From the NCBI RefSeq assembly GCF_058153355.1, contig NZ_CM177019.1: 64,000 nucleotides of DNA. The stretch is one strand, 5' to 3'. The notes beneath the pieces are model-generated. The model searched no databases, was not told the DNA's origin, and saw only the letters and a list, made by a program, of their open reading frames with translations. The first letter of the stretch is position 1. Every line of letters starts with the position of its first letter. Below are positions 49,953 to 60,410 of the stretch, piece after piece. The translations under genes and the position numbers were made by a program.

Positions 49953-50285
49953 TTACTGGCTGACTTTAATATCCTGTAATAAAGAAAGGTTGCCCTGCTG
50001 GACAAAATTAAACGCTACTTTGTCGCCAGTTTTAATTTCACTCATTTTCGTCTGCGGGGTGATGGTAAAGCGCATGGTCATCTCCGGCCAGTTCACTGCG
50101 GCAATCGGATCGTGGTGGATGGTGATTTTTTTGCTTTCCAGATCAACACCTTTTACCACACCGGTGGCGCTAATAACCTGTGGTTGTGCTTCGCTCATGG
50201 TTTCATGGTGATGTTCGTTAGCCTGGGCATTAAAGCCAATAACAGTAAACAGACTGAACATTACGACTTGCAGTGCTTTTTTCAT
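49953..50285 (-). CDS. cusF: Periplasmic Cu(I)/Ag(I) chaperone
   Basis: 110-aa ORF with signal peptide, between cusC and cusB. Confidence 0.9.
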   Translation of the reverse strand: MKKALQVVMFSLFTVIGFNAQANEHHHETMSEAQPQVISATGVVKGVDLESKKITIHHDPIAAVNWPEMTMRFTITPQTKMSEIKTGDKVAFNFVQQGNLSLLQDIKVSQ

Positions 50286-50307
50286 TATTCTCTCCTGGAG
50301 TTAAAAT

Positions 50308-51690
50308 TTATTGCTGCCAACCGCCACCCAGGGCGGTATATAAGGAAACTTCGTTAACCTGACGGGCATAATTCAGGTCGAGTAAAATTTGTCGGGTTGC
50401 AAATAAGGAACGCTCGGCATCCAGCACTTCCAGATAACTTACCGCGCCGTGCTGATATAATGCCCGCGCCCGTTGCAAAGTAATTTGCAGCGACGCCAGA
50501 TAACGCTGCTGGGCGCTGATTTGATCGTTCAGGCTTTGACGTAATGCAAGCGCATCTGCCACTTCTTTAAAGGCGTTCTGAATTTTCTGTTCATAATTCA
50601 CCACCGACTGCTGCTGGCGAATTTCGGCGATATCCAGATTGGCCTGGTTGCGTCCAGAATTAAAAATGGGGATCTCAATTTTGGGAATAAAATTCCACAT
50701 CCCGCTGCTGGCGTTAAATAATGATGACAGATCGCTGCTGGCGGTTGATATTCCACTGGTCAGGCTTATAGACGGGAAAAATGCCGCACGCGCAGCACCA
50801 ATATTGGCATTGGCCGCCATTAACGCGTGTTCAGCTTCCATAATATCCGGGCGCTGCAATAAGATTTGCGACGACAAGCCCGCCGGTAATTTAACGCTTT
50901 GCAGGCTGTCGCTGTTTACTGTCTGCGCTTGCGGCAGCTTGCCGTAGTTTCCCAATAACAGTTGCAATGCATTATTCGCCTGCGCCAGTTCCCCCTGACG
51001 TTTAGCGATATCACTGCGGGTACTTTCTATCACCCCGCGAGCCTGTTCCAGCGCCAGAACATTGCTGCTACCGGTCAACAGTTGTTTTTCAACAAACGCA
51101 TATGACTGCTGATAATTACGCAGCGTTTCTTCGGCTATTTGTAATTGCGCATAAGCCAGTTGCTGATTGAAATAGCTTTGCGCGACATTAGAAACCAGCA
51201 GAATATGCACCGCGCGCTGAGCTTCCTCAGTGGCTAAATAATTTTGTCGCTCGGCTTCGCTCATGTTCTTTAAGCGACCGAAAAAATCGAGATCAAAGCT
51301 GGCGTTAAGGCCAGTCGAGAACTCCCGCGTCGTGGCTGAATCGCCTTTAAGATTGCCGCTCCAGCTGCCGCTACCCTCGCCATTGAGCTGCGGGTAGCGG
51401 TCGGCATCGGTCAGACGATATTGCGCCCGTGCCTCCTGCACTTTCAGCGTCGCCATGCGCAAATCCCGATTATTCACCAGCGCCTCGCTAATCAGCGTCT
51501 TCACCTGATTATCAACAAAAAAGGTGCGCCAGCCCGCGTTCTGGTAGTTATCTACTGCGTTAACCAGGCCGTTCTGGCTGAGTGAGAACTGCTGCGGCAC
51601 GGGCATTGCCGGACGCTGATAATCCGGTGCCAGTGAACAACCGGTTAGCGCAAGGGCCACACAAAATGGCAGAAGTTTACAAGGAGACAT
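50308..51690 (-). CDS. cusC: Cu/Ag efflux outer-membrane factor (lipoprotein)
   Basis: ORF 50308..51696; lipobox LTGCS near the N-terminus. Confidence 0.9.
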   Translation of the reverse strand: MSPCKLLPFCVALALTGCSLAPDYQRPAMPVPQQFSLSQNGLVNAVDNYQNAGWRTFFVDNQVKTLISEALVNNRDLRMATLKVQEARAQYRLTDADRYPQLNGEGSGSWSGNLKGDSATTREFSTGLNASFDLDFFGRLKNMSEAERQNYLATEEAQRAVHILLVSNVAQSYFNQQLAYAQLQIAEETLRNYQQSYAFVEKQLLTGSSNVLALEQARGVIESTRSDIAKRQGELAQANNALQLLLGNYGKLPQAQTVNSDSLQSVKLPAGLSSQILLQRPDIMEAEHALMAANANIGAARAAFFPSISLTSGISTASSDLSSLFNASSGMWNFIPKIEIPIFNSGRNQANLDIAEIRQQQSVVNYEQKIQNAFKEVADALALRQSLNDQISAQQRYLASLQITLQRARALYQHGAVSYLEVLDAERSLFATRQILLDLNYARQVNEVSLYTALGGGWQQ

Positions 51691-51759
51691 AGGCACATAA
51701 TTTCTGGTGATTTTATGCCGCCAACTTTACACGCCAGGCTCTGATTTTCCGGTGACAGG

Positions 51760-51781
51760 AAAATGACAAAATTGTCATTTT
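51760..51781. promoter_or_regulatory. CusR-binding palindrome (cus box) in the divergent cusC / cusR promoter
   Basis: Perfect inverted repeat aaaatgacaaaattgtcatttt. Confidence 0.85.
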
Positions 51782-51846
51782 ACCAATAAGCGATTGCCAT
51801 CTGATCCCGCTACTCTAGAATTGCCCGGGCAACATGTGGAGGAAAT

Positions 51847-52530
51847 ATGAAACTGTTGATTGTCGAAGATGAAAAGAAAACCGGAGAATACTTGACCAAA
51901 GGGTTAACCGAAGCCGGTTTTGTGGTCGATTTGGCCGACAACGGGCTGAATGGCTACCATCTGGCGATGACCGGAGATTATGACCTGATAATCCTCGATA
52001 TTATGCTGCCGGACGTGAACGGCTGGGATATCGTGCGCATGTTGCGCTCCGCCAATAAAGGGATGCCGATTCTGTTGCTTACCGCGCTTGGCACCATTGA
52101 ACATCGCGTCAAGGGGCTGGAGTTGGGGGCAGATGACTACCTGGTGAAACCGTTCGCTTTTGCTGAACTGCTGGCGCGGGTGCGGACTCTACTGCGTCGC
52201 GGGGCGGCGGTGATTATCGAAAGTCAGTTTCAGGTTGCCGATTTAATGGTTGATCTGGTCAGCCGCAAAGTCACCCGCAGCGGCACGCGCATCACTTTGA
52301 CCACAAAAGAATTTACCCTGCTGGAATTTTTCCTCCGCCATCAGGGCGAAGTGCTGCCCCGCTCGCTTATCGCCTCGCAGGTGTGGGACATGAATTTCGA
52401 CAGCGACACTAACGCCATTGATGTGGCGGTGAAGCGGCTGCGCGGCAAAATCGACAACGACTTTGAGCCAAAGCTAATTCAGACCGTGCGCGGCGTAGGC
52501 TATATGCTTGAGGTGCCGGATGGCCAGTAA
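51847..52530 (+). CDS. cusR: Copper-responsive OmpR-family response regulator
   Basis: 227-aa [19 protein letters not shown]... Confidence 0.95.
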   Translation: MKLLIVEDEKKTGEYLTKGLTEAGFVVDLADNGLNGYHLAMTGDYDLIILDIMLPDVNGWDIVRMLRSANKGMPILLLTALGTIEHRVKGLELGADDYLVKPFAFAELLARVRTLLRRGAAVIIESQFQVADLMVDLVSRKVTRSGTRITLTTKEFTLLEFFLRHQGEVLPRSLIASQVWDMNFDSDTNAIDVAVKRLRGKIDNDFEPKLIQTVRGVGYMLEVPDGQ

Positions 52531-53968
52531 GCCGTTTCAGCGCCCGTTTTCGCTGGCAACCCGCCTGACCTTTTTTATCAGCCTTGCCACCATTGCAGCG
52601 TTTTTCGTCTTTGCCTGGATCATGATCCACTCGGTAAAAGTGCATTTTGCCGAGCAGGATATTAATGATTTAAAAGAGATTAGCGCCACATTCAGGCGTG
52701 TTCTTAATCATCCCGAAGAGACACAAGCCCGACGCTTAATGACGCTGGAAGATATCGTCAGTGGTTATTCCAACGTGTTGATTTCTCTGACAGATAGCCA
52801 CGGCAAAACGGTGTATCACTCCCCCGGTGCGCCGGATATCCGCGAGTTTGCACGTGATGCCATACCCGATAAAGACGCTCGGAGCGGCGAGGTATATCTC
52901 CTTTCCGGCCCAACAAAGATGATGCCAGGCCACGGTCACGGGCATATGGAACACAGCAACTGGCGGATGATTAGCTTGCCGGTTGGCCCGCAGGTGGATG
53001 GCAAACCGATTTATACGCTCTACATCGCGCTGTCTATCGATTTTCATCTTCATTACATTAATGATTTGATGAATAAACTTATTATGACCGCATCGATCAT
53101 CAGCATCCTGATCGTCTTTATCGTGCTGCTGGCGGTACATAAAGGCCACGCGCCAATTCGCAGCGTCAGCCGTCAAATCCAGAACATTACCTCGAAAGAT
53201 CTCGACGTTCGCCTCGATCCACAGACCGTGCCGATTGAGCTGGAACAACTGGTACTGTCGTTCAACCATATGATCGAGCGTATTGAAGATGTCTTTACCC
53301 GCCAGTCCAATTTCTCAGCGGATATCGCTCACGAAATTCGTACGCCGATTACGAATCTTATAACGCAAACGGAAATTGCCCTCAGCCAGTCGCGCAGCCA
53401 GAAGGAGCTGGAAGATGTGCTCTACTCTAATCTCGAAGAGCTGACGCGAATGGCGAAAATGGTCAGCGATATGCTGTTTCTCGCCCAGGCCGATAACAAC
53501 CAGTTAATCCCCGAAAAGAAAATGCTCAACCTGGCGGATGAAGTCGGCAAAGTGTTCGATTTTTTCGAGGCATTAGCGGAAGATCGTGGCGTGGTGCTGC
53601 GGTTTGTTGGCGACGAATGTCAGGTTGCGGGCGATCCGCTGATGCTGCGTCGGGCGTTAAACAACCTGCTTTCTAATGCCTTGCGTTATACGCCACCCGG
53701 AGAGGCAATTTTAGTGCGCTGCCAGACGGTCGATCACCTGGTGCAAGTTACCGTCGAAAACCCTGGTACGCCCATTGCGCCTGAGCACTTACCGCGATTG
53801 TTTGACCGTTTCTACCGCGTTGATCCTTCCCGCCAGCGAAAAGGTGAAGGTAGCGGCATTGGGCTGGCGATAGTGAAATCAATTGTTGTCGCGCATAAAG
53901 GCACGGTTGCGGTAACGTCAGATGCGCGGGGGACAAGGTTTGTTATCGGGCTACCGGAGAGGGAGTGA
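52520..53968 (+). CDS. cusS: Copper/silver-sensing histidine kinase
   Basis: ORF 52508..53968; overlaps the cusR 3' end; HisKA H-box motif [11 protein letters not shown]. Confidence 0.9.
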   Translation: MASKPFQRPFSLATRLTFFISLATIAAFFVFAWIMIHSVKVHFAEQDINDLKEISATFRRVLNHPEETQARRLMTLEDIVSGYSNVLISLTDSHGKTVYHSPGAPDIREFARDAIPDKDARSGEVYLLSGPTKMMPGHGHGHMEHSNWRMISLPVGPQVDGKPIYTLYIALSIDFHLHYINDLMNKLIMTASIISILIVFIVLLAVHKGHAPIRSVSRQIQNITSKDLDVRLDPQTVPIELEQLVLSFNHMIERIEDVFTRQSNFSADIAHEIRTPITNLITQTEIALSQSRSQKELEDVLYSNLEELTRMAKMVSDMLFLAQADNNQLIPEKKMLNLADEVGKVFDFFEALAEDRGVVLRFVGDECQVAGDPLMLRRALNNLLSNALRYTPPGEAILVRCQTVDHLVQVTVENPGTPIAPEHLPRLFDRFYRVDPSRQRKGEGSGIGLAIVKSIVVAHKGTVAVTSDARGTRFVIGLPERE

Positions 53969-54325
53969 TTGGTCAGATAATGCAGTGGATGTTAATTGAA
54001 TTGAGAATTAGCTATTTCGTCACGAGAAAAAGCGTAAAATCCGTTTCGTGCAGATGGTGAGTTTTATCAGGGTATGGCGGTAGCGCAACTGTCTTTGGAT
54101 AATATATGTGATATGAATACATACCCCTAACAACTTCACTAACTAAATACTTAGTTTAGTTATATTAATTTGCATAATACAAACTCATCACCACGATATG
54201 TCATATATTTATAGTCAGCAATCTGGATATATTATTATATAAATGCCATATGGAAATAAAAATTATTATTTAATTCAATATGTAAATTTTACTCTTAACT
54301 ATTTTCGCAGGATAAACCAGCCTCT

Positions 54326-54772
54326 ATGAATATGACTAAAAAAGAAGCATTAGCATTCCTTGCTCTAAATCAACCTATGCCTAATGATTATGACATCACT
54401 CAGGAACTTATCGATAAATATGACGACGTAAGACTTTATTTTTGTGCAAATCCTGCTGAAGAGGCCATACCGTTATTTTTACAATCCTTTGGGGAAGGTG
54501 ATGGCTTAGGAGTATATCAGTTGGTCGAAGATTTTTTGTACAAGTGTGATAAAAACATTGTAGCTTCAAATATAGCCAACATACTGGAAAATCCTCTGAC
54601 AATAAAAAGTGTCCGATATTGGTGTACATTATTAGCAATGGCTTTTCCCGATAACACCTTAATTAAAGGATTAAATATTTCTCTACAATCTGATGATGAA
54701 GATACCCGAGACATGGCTATGTTAAGTTTAAAGATGATTACAGAGGAATATAAAACATTTGAATTCCAATAA
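54326..54772 (+). CDS. Hypothetical acidic 148-aa protein in an AT-rich islet (function unknown)
   Basis: 447-bp ORF in DNA that is visibly very AT-rich; no signal peptide or TM segment; weak Shine-Dalgarno. Confidence 0.45.
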   Translation: MNMTKKEALAFLALNQPMPNDYDITQELIDKYDDVRLYFCANPAEEAIPLFLQSFGEGDGLGVYQLVEDFLYKCDKNIVASNIANILENPLTIKSVRYWCTLLAMAFPDNTLIKGLNISLQSDDEDTRDMAMLSLKMITEEYKTFEFQ

Positions 54773-55213
54773 TTCCCCCTTGCATAAAAGATCACCATCA
54801 TGACAAAAACACAAGCAAAGTTGCTTATTTATAAAGCATTTGTTATTTTAACGTTCATTATTTCCCGGTTGAATATTAAACTTAATTAATCTAAAGAGAA
54901 ATGAAGTTAGCCTTCCTGTACCCACAGCAACGCCGTCTTTTTGTTCAGCACGGGGAAAATGTTCTCCCCTGCTCACCTCCTCCAGGCACTTCCACAACAT
55001 GATGACCTGATCGGTTGCCGCCTATCCTCCTCACTAAGACCTTCACCTCCGCGCTTTTGCCTACATCCTGCACAATCGGCAACTTTTATAACCAGTGTAA
55101 AAATAACGTGCCGCAATAATCCTACCTATTAATGATAAAAAGCTGTCACAATTCATAAAAAACTTTAATATACGCCACCCTAAACATAACCAGCGTTAAT
55201 GTAAGGTTTTTGT

Positions 55214-57451
55214 GTGGACTGGCTTCTTGATGTTTTTGCAACCTGGCTATATGGCTTAAAAATAATCGCGATAACGTTAGCGGTCATCATGTTCATCAGC
55301 GGGCTGGACGATTTTTTTATTGATGTCGTCTACTGGGTACGCCGCATTAAACGCAAGTTGAGTGTTTATCGCCGCTACCCGCGAATGAGTTACCGCGAAC
55401 TGTATAAACCAGATGAAAAACCGTTAGCGATTATGGTTCCGGCGTGGAATGAAACGGGCGTCATCGGCAATATGGCCGAGCTGGCGGCGACCACGCTCGA
55501 CTATGAAAACTATCATATCTTTGTTGGCACCTACCCCAACGACCCAGATACTCAGCGTGATGTTGACGAAGTGTGCGCTCGCTTCCCAAACGTGCATAAG
55601 GTAGTCTGCGCGCGTCCTGGCCCCACCAGCAAAGCCGACTGCCTGAACAACGTGCTGGACGCCATCACCCAGTTTGAGCGTAGCGCCAATTTCGCTTTTG
55701 CTGGTTTTATTCTGCATGACGCCGAAGACGTAATTTCACCGATGGAATTGCGTCTGTTCAACTATCTGGTCGAGCGTAAAGATCTGATTCAGATCCCGGT
55801 ATACCCATTCGAACGCGAATGGACGCACTTCACCAGCATGACTTACATTGATGAGTTTTCAGAACTGCATGGCAAAGATGTTCCGGTGCGTGAAGCCCTC
55901 GCCGGACAGGTGCCCAGCGCAGGCGTCGGTACTTGTTTCAGCCGCCGCGCCGTGACCGCACTGTTAGCTGACGGTGACGGTATTGCTTTCGACGTGCAGA
56001 GTCTTACTGAAGATTACGACATTGGTTTCCGCCTGAAAGAAAAAGGTATGACGGAAATTTTTGTCCGTTTTCCGGTGGTGGACGAAGCCAAAGAACGCGA
56101 GCAGCGTAAATTTTTACAGCACGCGCGGACGTCAAACATGATCTGCGTGCGCGAATATTTCCCCGATACCTTTTCGACGGCGGTTCGACAAAAATCTCGC
56201 TGGATCATCGGCATTGTTTTCCAGGGCTTTAAAACCCATAAATGGACCTCCAGCCTGACGCTGAACTACTTTCTCTGGCGCGACCGCAAAGGGGCAATCA
56301 GTAACTTTGTCAGCTTCCTCGCGATGCTGGTGATGATCCAGCTTTTGCTGTTACTGGCGTATGAAAGTTTGTGGCCCGATGCCTGGCATTTCCTTTCTAT
56401 TTTCAGCGGCAGCACATGGTTAATGACCCTGCTGTGGCTAAACTTTGGTTTGATGGTTAACCGCATCGTGCAGCGGGTGATTTTTGTCACTGGCTACTAC
56501 GGTCTGACGCAGGGGCTGCTATCTGTCCTGCGTCTTTTCTGGGGCAACCTGATTAACTTTATGGCTAACTGGCGCGCATTAAAACAGGTACTTCAACATG
56601 GCGATCCACGTCGCGTGGCGTGGGATAAAACAACGCATGACTTCCCCAGCGTGACTGGCGATACCCGCTCGCTGCGCCCGTTAGGTCAAATTCTGCTGGA
56701 AAATCAGGTCATCACTGAAGAACAACTCGATACAGCACTGCGTAATCGCGTCGAAGGTCTACGCCTGGGCGGTTCAATGCTGATGCAGGGGCTGATTAGC
56801 GCCGAGCAACTGGCACAGGCGCTGGCAGAGCAAAACGGCGTGGCGTGGGAATCTATCGATGCCTGGCAGATCCCTTCTTCGCTGATTGCCGCGATGCCGG
56901 CCTCCGTGGCGCTGCATTATGCAGTACTGCCGCTGCGTCTGGAAAATGATGAGTTAATTGTCGGCAGTGAAGATGGTATTGACCCGGTTTCGCTGGCAGC
57001 CCTGACGCGTAAAGTCGGACGCAAAGTGCGTTACGTCATTGTTCTGCGGGGACAAATTGTCACGGGGTTACGTCACTGGTATGCACGCCGACGCGGTCAC
57101 GATCCGCGGGCAATGTTGTACAATGCGGTTCAGCATCAGTGGCTCACGGAACAGCAGGCCGGTGAAATCTGGCGGCAATATGTGCCGCATCAGTTCCTGT
57201 TCGCCGAAATACTGACCACGCTCGGTCATATTAATCGTTCAGCAATTAACGTGTTGTTATTGCGCCATGAACGCAGTTCTCTGCCGCTCGGCAAGTTTTT
57301 GGTCACCGAAGGCGTTATCAGCCAGGAAACGTTGGATCGCGTCCTGACAATTCAACGCGAATTACAAGTTTCGATGCAATCACTATTACTCAAAGCAGGT
57401 TTAAACACAGAACAGGTTGCGCAACTGGAGTCCGAAAATGAAGGAGAATAA
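55214..57451 (+). CDS. nfrB: Inner-membrane glycosyltransferase with C-terminal c-di-GMP-binding domain; phage N4 adsorption protein B
   Basis: 745-aa ORF MDWLLDVFATWLYGLK... (GTG start); matches NfrB. Confidence 0.9.
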   Translation: MDWLLDVFATWLYGLKIIAITLAVIMFISGLDDFFIDVVYWVRRIKRKLSVYRRYPRMSYRELYKPDEKPLAIMVPAWNETGVIGNMAELAATTLDYENYHIFVGTYPNDPDTQRDVDEVCARFPNVHKVVCARPGPTSKADCLNNVLDAITQFERSANFAFAGFILHDAEDVISPMELRLFNYLVERKDLIQIPVYPFEREWTHFTSMTYIDEFSELHGKDVPVREALAGQVPSAGVGTCFSRRAVTALLADGDGIAFDVQSLTEDYDIGFRLKEKGMTEIFVRFPVVDEAKEREQRKFLQHARTSNMICVREYFPDTFSTAVRQKSRWIIGIVFQGFKTHKWTSSLTLNYFLWRDRKGAISNFVSFLAMLVMIQLLLLLAYESLWPDAWHFLSIFSGSTWLMTLLWLNFGLMVNRIVQRVIFVTGYYGLTQGLLSVLRLFWGNLINFMANWRALKQVLQHGDPRRVAWDKTTHDFPSVTGDTRSLRPLGQILLENQVITEEQLDTALRNRVEGLRLGGSMLMQGLISAEQLAQALAEQNGVAWESIDAWQIPSSLIAAMPASVALHYAVLPLRLENDELIVGSEDGIDPVSLAALTRKVGRKVRYVIVLRGQIVTGLRHWYARRRGHDPRAMLYNAVQHQWLTEQQAGEIWRQYVPHQFLFAEILTTLGHINRSAINVLLLRHERSSLPLGKFLVTEGVISQETLDRVLTIQRELQVSMQSLLLKAGLNTEQVAQLESENEGE

Positions 57452-60410
57452 CCTTAATCGCGTCATCGGATGGTCTGGTTTACTGCTGACGTCTTTATTG
57501 AGTACCAGCGCACTCGCAGACAATATCGGCACCAGCGCAGAAGAGCTGGGGCTGAGCGATTATCGCCATTTTGTTATTTATCCCCGTCTCGATAAGGCGC
57601 TGAAGGCACAGAAAAATAACGACGAAGCAACCGCCATCCGCGAATTTGAATATATACACCAGCAGGTGCCGGATAATATTCCGCTGACTTTATACCTTGC
57701 GGAAGCCTATCGCCATTTTGGTCATGATGACCGGGCGCGGCTGTTGCTTGAGGATCAACTGAAACGTCACCCAGGAGATGCCCGACTTGAGCGCAGTCTG
57801 GCGGCTATTCCAGTTGAAGTGAAAAGCGTTACGACTGTTGAAGAACTGCTTGCCCAGCAAAAAGCGTGCGACGCTGCGCCGACCCTGCGTTGTCGCAGTG
57901 AAGTCGGGCAGAATGCCCTGCGGCTGGCACAATTACCTGTCGCCAGAGCGCAACTGAACGATGCGACGTTTGCTGCATCGACGGAAGGAAAAACGCTGCG
58001 AACCGATCTGCTGCAACGGGCAATCTACCTCAAGCAGTGGTCGCTGGCAGAAACGTTGTTCAGTGAATCACGGCAACAAAATACATTAAACGCAGCTGAG
58101 CGCCGTCAGTGGTTTGATGTTCTGCTCGCAGGCCAGCTGGATGATCGGATCCTGGCGCTGCAATCAGAGGGGATCTTCACCGATCCACAGTCGTACATTA
58201 CTTACGCGACCGCGCTGGCTTATCGTGGCGAGAAAGCACGCCTCCAGCATTATCTCATTGAAAATAAGCCGCTGTTTACCACGGACGCACAAGAGAAAAG
58301 TTGGCTCTATCTGTTATCTAAATACAGCGCCAACCCCGTTCAGGCGTTGGCGAATTATACGGTACAGTTTGCCGATAACCGCCAGTATGTTGTTGGCGCG
58401 ACGCTACCGGTGCTGTTAAAAGAAGGTCAGTACGACGCAGCGCAAAAACTGCTCGCCACCCTCCCCGCCAATGAAATGCTTGAGGAGCGTTATACCGTCA
58501 GCGTGGCGACTCATAACAAGGCTGAAGCTCTGCGTCTGGCACGATTGCTGTATCAGCAAGAACCGACAAATCTTACCCGCCTGGATCAACTGACCTGGCA
58601 ACTGATGCAGAACGAGCAGTCACGCGAAGCTGCCGATTTATTGCTGCAACGCTATCCTTTCCAGGGCAATGCGCGTGTCAGCCAGACTTTAATGGCGCGA
58701 CTGGCGTCTCTGCTGGAAAGTCATCCTTACCTGGCAACTCCGGCGAAGGTGGCGATTTTATCGAAACCCTTACCGCTGGCGGAGCAACGTCAGTGGCAAA
58801 GTCAGTTGCCGGGTATTGCAGATAATTGCCCGGCAATAGTTCGCTTGCTGGGCGATATGTCGCCTTCCTACGATGCCGCCGCCTGGAACCGTCTGGCAAA
58901 GTGTTATCGGGACACGCTACCCGGTGTGGCGTTGTATGCATGGCTTCAGGCCGAACAACGGCAACCGAACGCCTGGCAACATCGTGCGGTAGCCTATCAG
59001 GCGTATCAGGTTGAGGATTACGCCACCGCACTGGCGGCCTGGCAGAAAATCAGTCTTCACGACATGAGCAATGAGGATCTGCTTGCTGCTGCCAATACCG
59101 CCCAGGCGGCAGGAAATGGTGCGGCTCGCGATCGCTGGCTTCAGCAGGCAGAACAACGTGGGCTGGGAAACAATGCCCTCTACTGGTGGCTGCATGCGCA
59201 ACGTTACATTCCTGGTCAGCCGGAACTCGTACTGAACGATCTCACGCGCTCAATCAATATTGCGCCTTCTGCCAACGCTTACGTTGCGCGGGCGACAATT
59301 TATCGCCAACGTCATAATGTCCCGGCGGCGGTGAGTGATTTGCGCGCCGCTCTGGAACTGGAACCGAATAATAGCAACACCCAGGCAGCGCTCGGTTACG
59401 CCTTGTGGGATAGCGGTGATATCGCACAGTCGCGGGAAATGCTCGAACAGGCGCATAAAGGGCTACCGGACGATCCGGCACTTATCCGACAACTGGCCTA
59501 CGTGAACCAGCGTCTGGATGACATGCCTGCGACGCAGCACTACGCCCGGCTGGTGATTGATGACATTGATAATCAGGCGCTGATAACCCCACTGACCCCA
59601 GAGCAAAATCAGCAACGCTTCAATTTCCGCCGTCTGCATGAGGAGGTCGGTCGCCGCTGGACGTTCAGTTTCGATTCTTCTATCGGCTTGCGTTCCGGCG
59701 CAATGAGTACCGCTAACAATAATGTCGGCGGCGCAGCGCCAGGGAAAAGCTATCGTAGCTACGGGCAACTGGAAGCTGAGTACCGCATCGGACGCAATAT
59801 GCTGCTGGAAGGCGACCTGCTCTCGGTTTACAGCCGTGTATTTGCCGATACCGGAGAAAACGGGGTGATGATGCCGGTGAAAAATCCGATGTCCGGCACC
59901 GGTCTGCGCTGGAAGCCGCTGCGCGATCAGATCTTTTTCCTCGCCGTCGAACAGCAATTGCCGCTGAACGGACAAAACGGCGCATCCGATACCATGCTGC
60001 GCGCCAGCGCCTCATTCTTTAATGGCGGCAAATACAGCGACGAATGGCACCCGAACGGTTCAGGCTGGTTTGCCCAAAACCTGTACCTCGATGCGGCGCA
60101 ATATGTCCGCCAGGATATTCAGGCGTGGACGGCAGATTATCGCTTAAGCTGGCATCAGAAGGTGGCGAACGGACAGACTATTGAGCCTTACGCTCACGTT
60201 CAGGACAACGGTTATCGTGATAAAGGCACTCAGGGCGCGCAGCTTGGCGGTGTCGGGGTCCGCTGGAATATCTGGACCGGCGAGACGCACTACGACGCCT
60301 GGCCGCACAAAGTCAGTCTCGGCGTCGAATATCAACATACCTTTAAGGCGATTAATCAACGTAACGGAGAGCGCAACAACGCGTTTCTCACCATTGGAGT
60401 GCACTGGTAA
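57438..60410 (+). CDS. nfrA: Outer-membrane protein, phage N4 receptor / exopolysaccharide export component
   Basis: ORF 57417..60410; NfrA recognised from MKENNLNRVIGWSGLLLTSLL; overlaps the nfrB 3' end. Confidence 0.9.
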   Translation: MKENNLNRVIGWSGLLLTSLLSTSALADNIGTSAEELGLSDYRHFVIYPRLDKALKAQKNNDEATAIREFEYIHQQVPDNIPLTLYLAEAYRHFGHDDRARLLLEDQLKRHPGDARLERSLAAIPVEVKSVTTVEELLAQQKACDAAPTLRCRSEVGQNALRLAQLPVARAQLNDATFAASTEGKTLRTDLLQRAIYLKQWSLAETLFSESRQQNTLNAAERRQWFDVLLAGQLDDRILALQSEGIFTDPQSYITYATALAYRGEKARLQHYLIENKPLFTTDAQEKSWLYLLSKYSANPVQALANYTVQFADNRQYVVGATLPVLLKEGQYDAAQKLLATLPANEMLEERYTVSVATHNKAEALRLARLLYQQEPTNLTRLDQLTWQLMQNEQSREAADLLLQRYPFQGNARVSQTLMARLASLLESHPYLATPAKVAILSKPLPLAEQRQWQSQLPGIADNCPAIVRLLGDMSPSYDAAAWNRLAKCYRDTLPGVALYAWLQAEQRQPNAWQHRAVAYQAYQVEDYATALAAWQKISLHDMSNEDLLAAANTAQAAGNGAARDRWLQQAEQRGLGNNALYWWLHAQRYIPGQPELVLNDLTRSINIAPSANAYVARATIYRQRHNVPAAVSDLRAALELEPNNSNTQAALGYALWDSGDIAQSREMLEQAHKGLPDDPALIRQLAYVNQRLDDMPATQHYARLVIDDIDNQALITPLTPEQNQQRFNFRRLHEEVGRRWTFSFDSSIGLRSGAMSTANNNVGGAAPGKSYRSYGQLEAEYRIGRNMLLEGDLLSVYSRVFADTGENGVMMPVKNPMSGTGLRWKPLRDQIFFLAVEQQLPLNGQNGASDTMLRASASFFNGGKYSDEWHPNGSGWFAQNLYLDAAQYVRQDIQAWTADYRLSWHQKVANGQTIEPYAHVQDNGYRDKGTQGAQLGGVGVRWNIWTGETHYDAWPHKVSLGVEYQHTFKAINQRNGERNNAFLTIGVHW

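Noticed and set aside
52736-53269. 177-aa minus-strand ORF inside cusS
   Set aside because: Antisense shadow ORF.
54408-54801. Minus-strand ORFs 54408..54638 and 54517..54801 overlapping the 148-aa ORF
   Set aside because: Shorter and antisense to the longer + strand ORF; the + strand ORF is the more parsimonious call, though neither is proven.
54941-55132. 63-aa ORF upstream of nfrB
   Set aside because: No RBS and Pro/Ser-rich low-complexity product; likely promoter/leader DNA of nfrB.
59463-59975. 170-aa minus-strand ORF inside nfrA
   Set aside because: Antisense shadow ORF.
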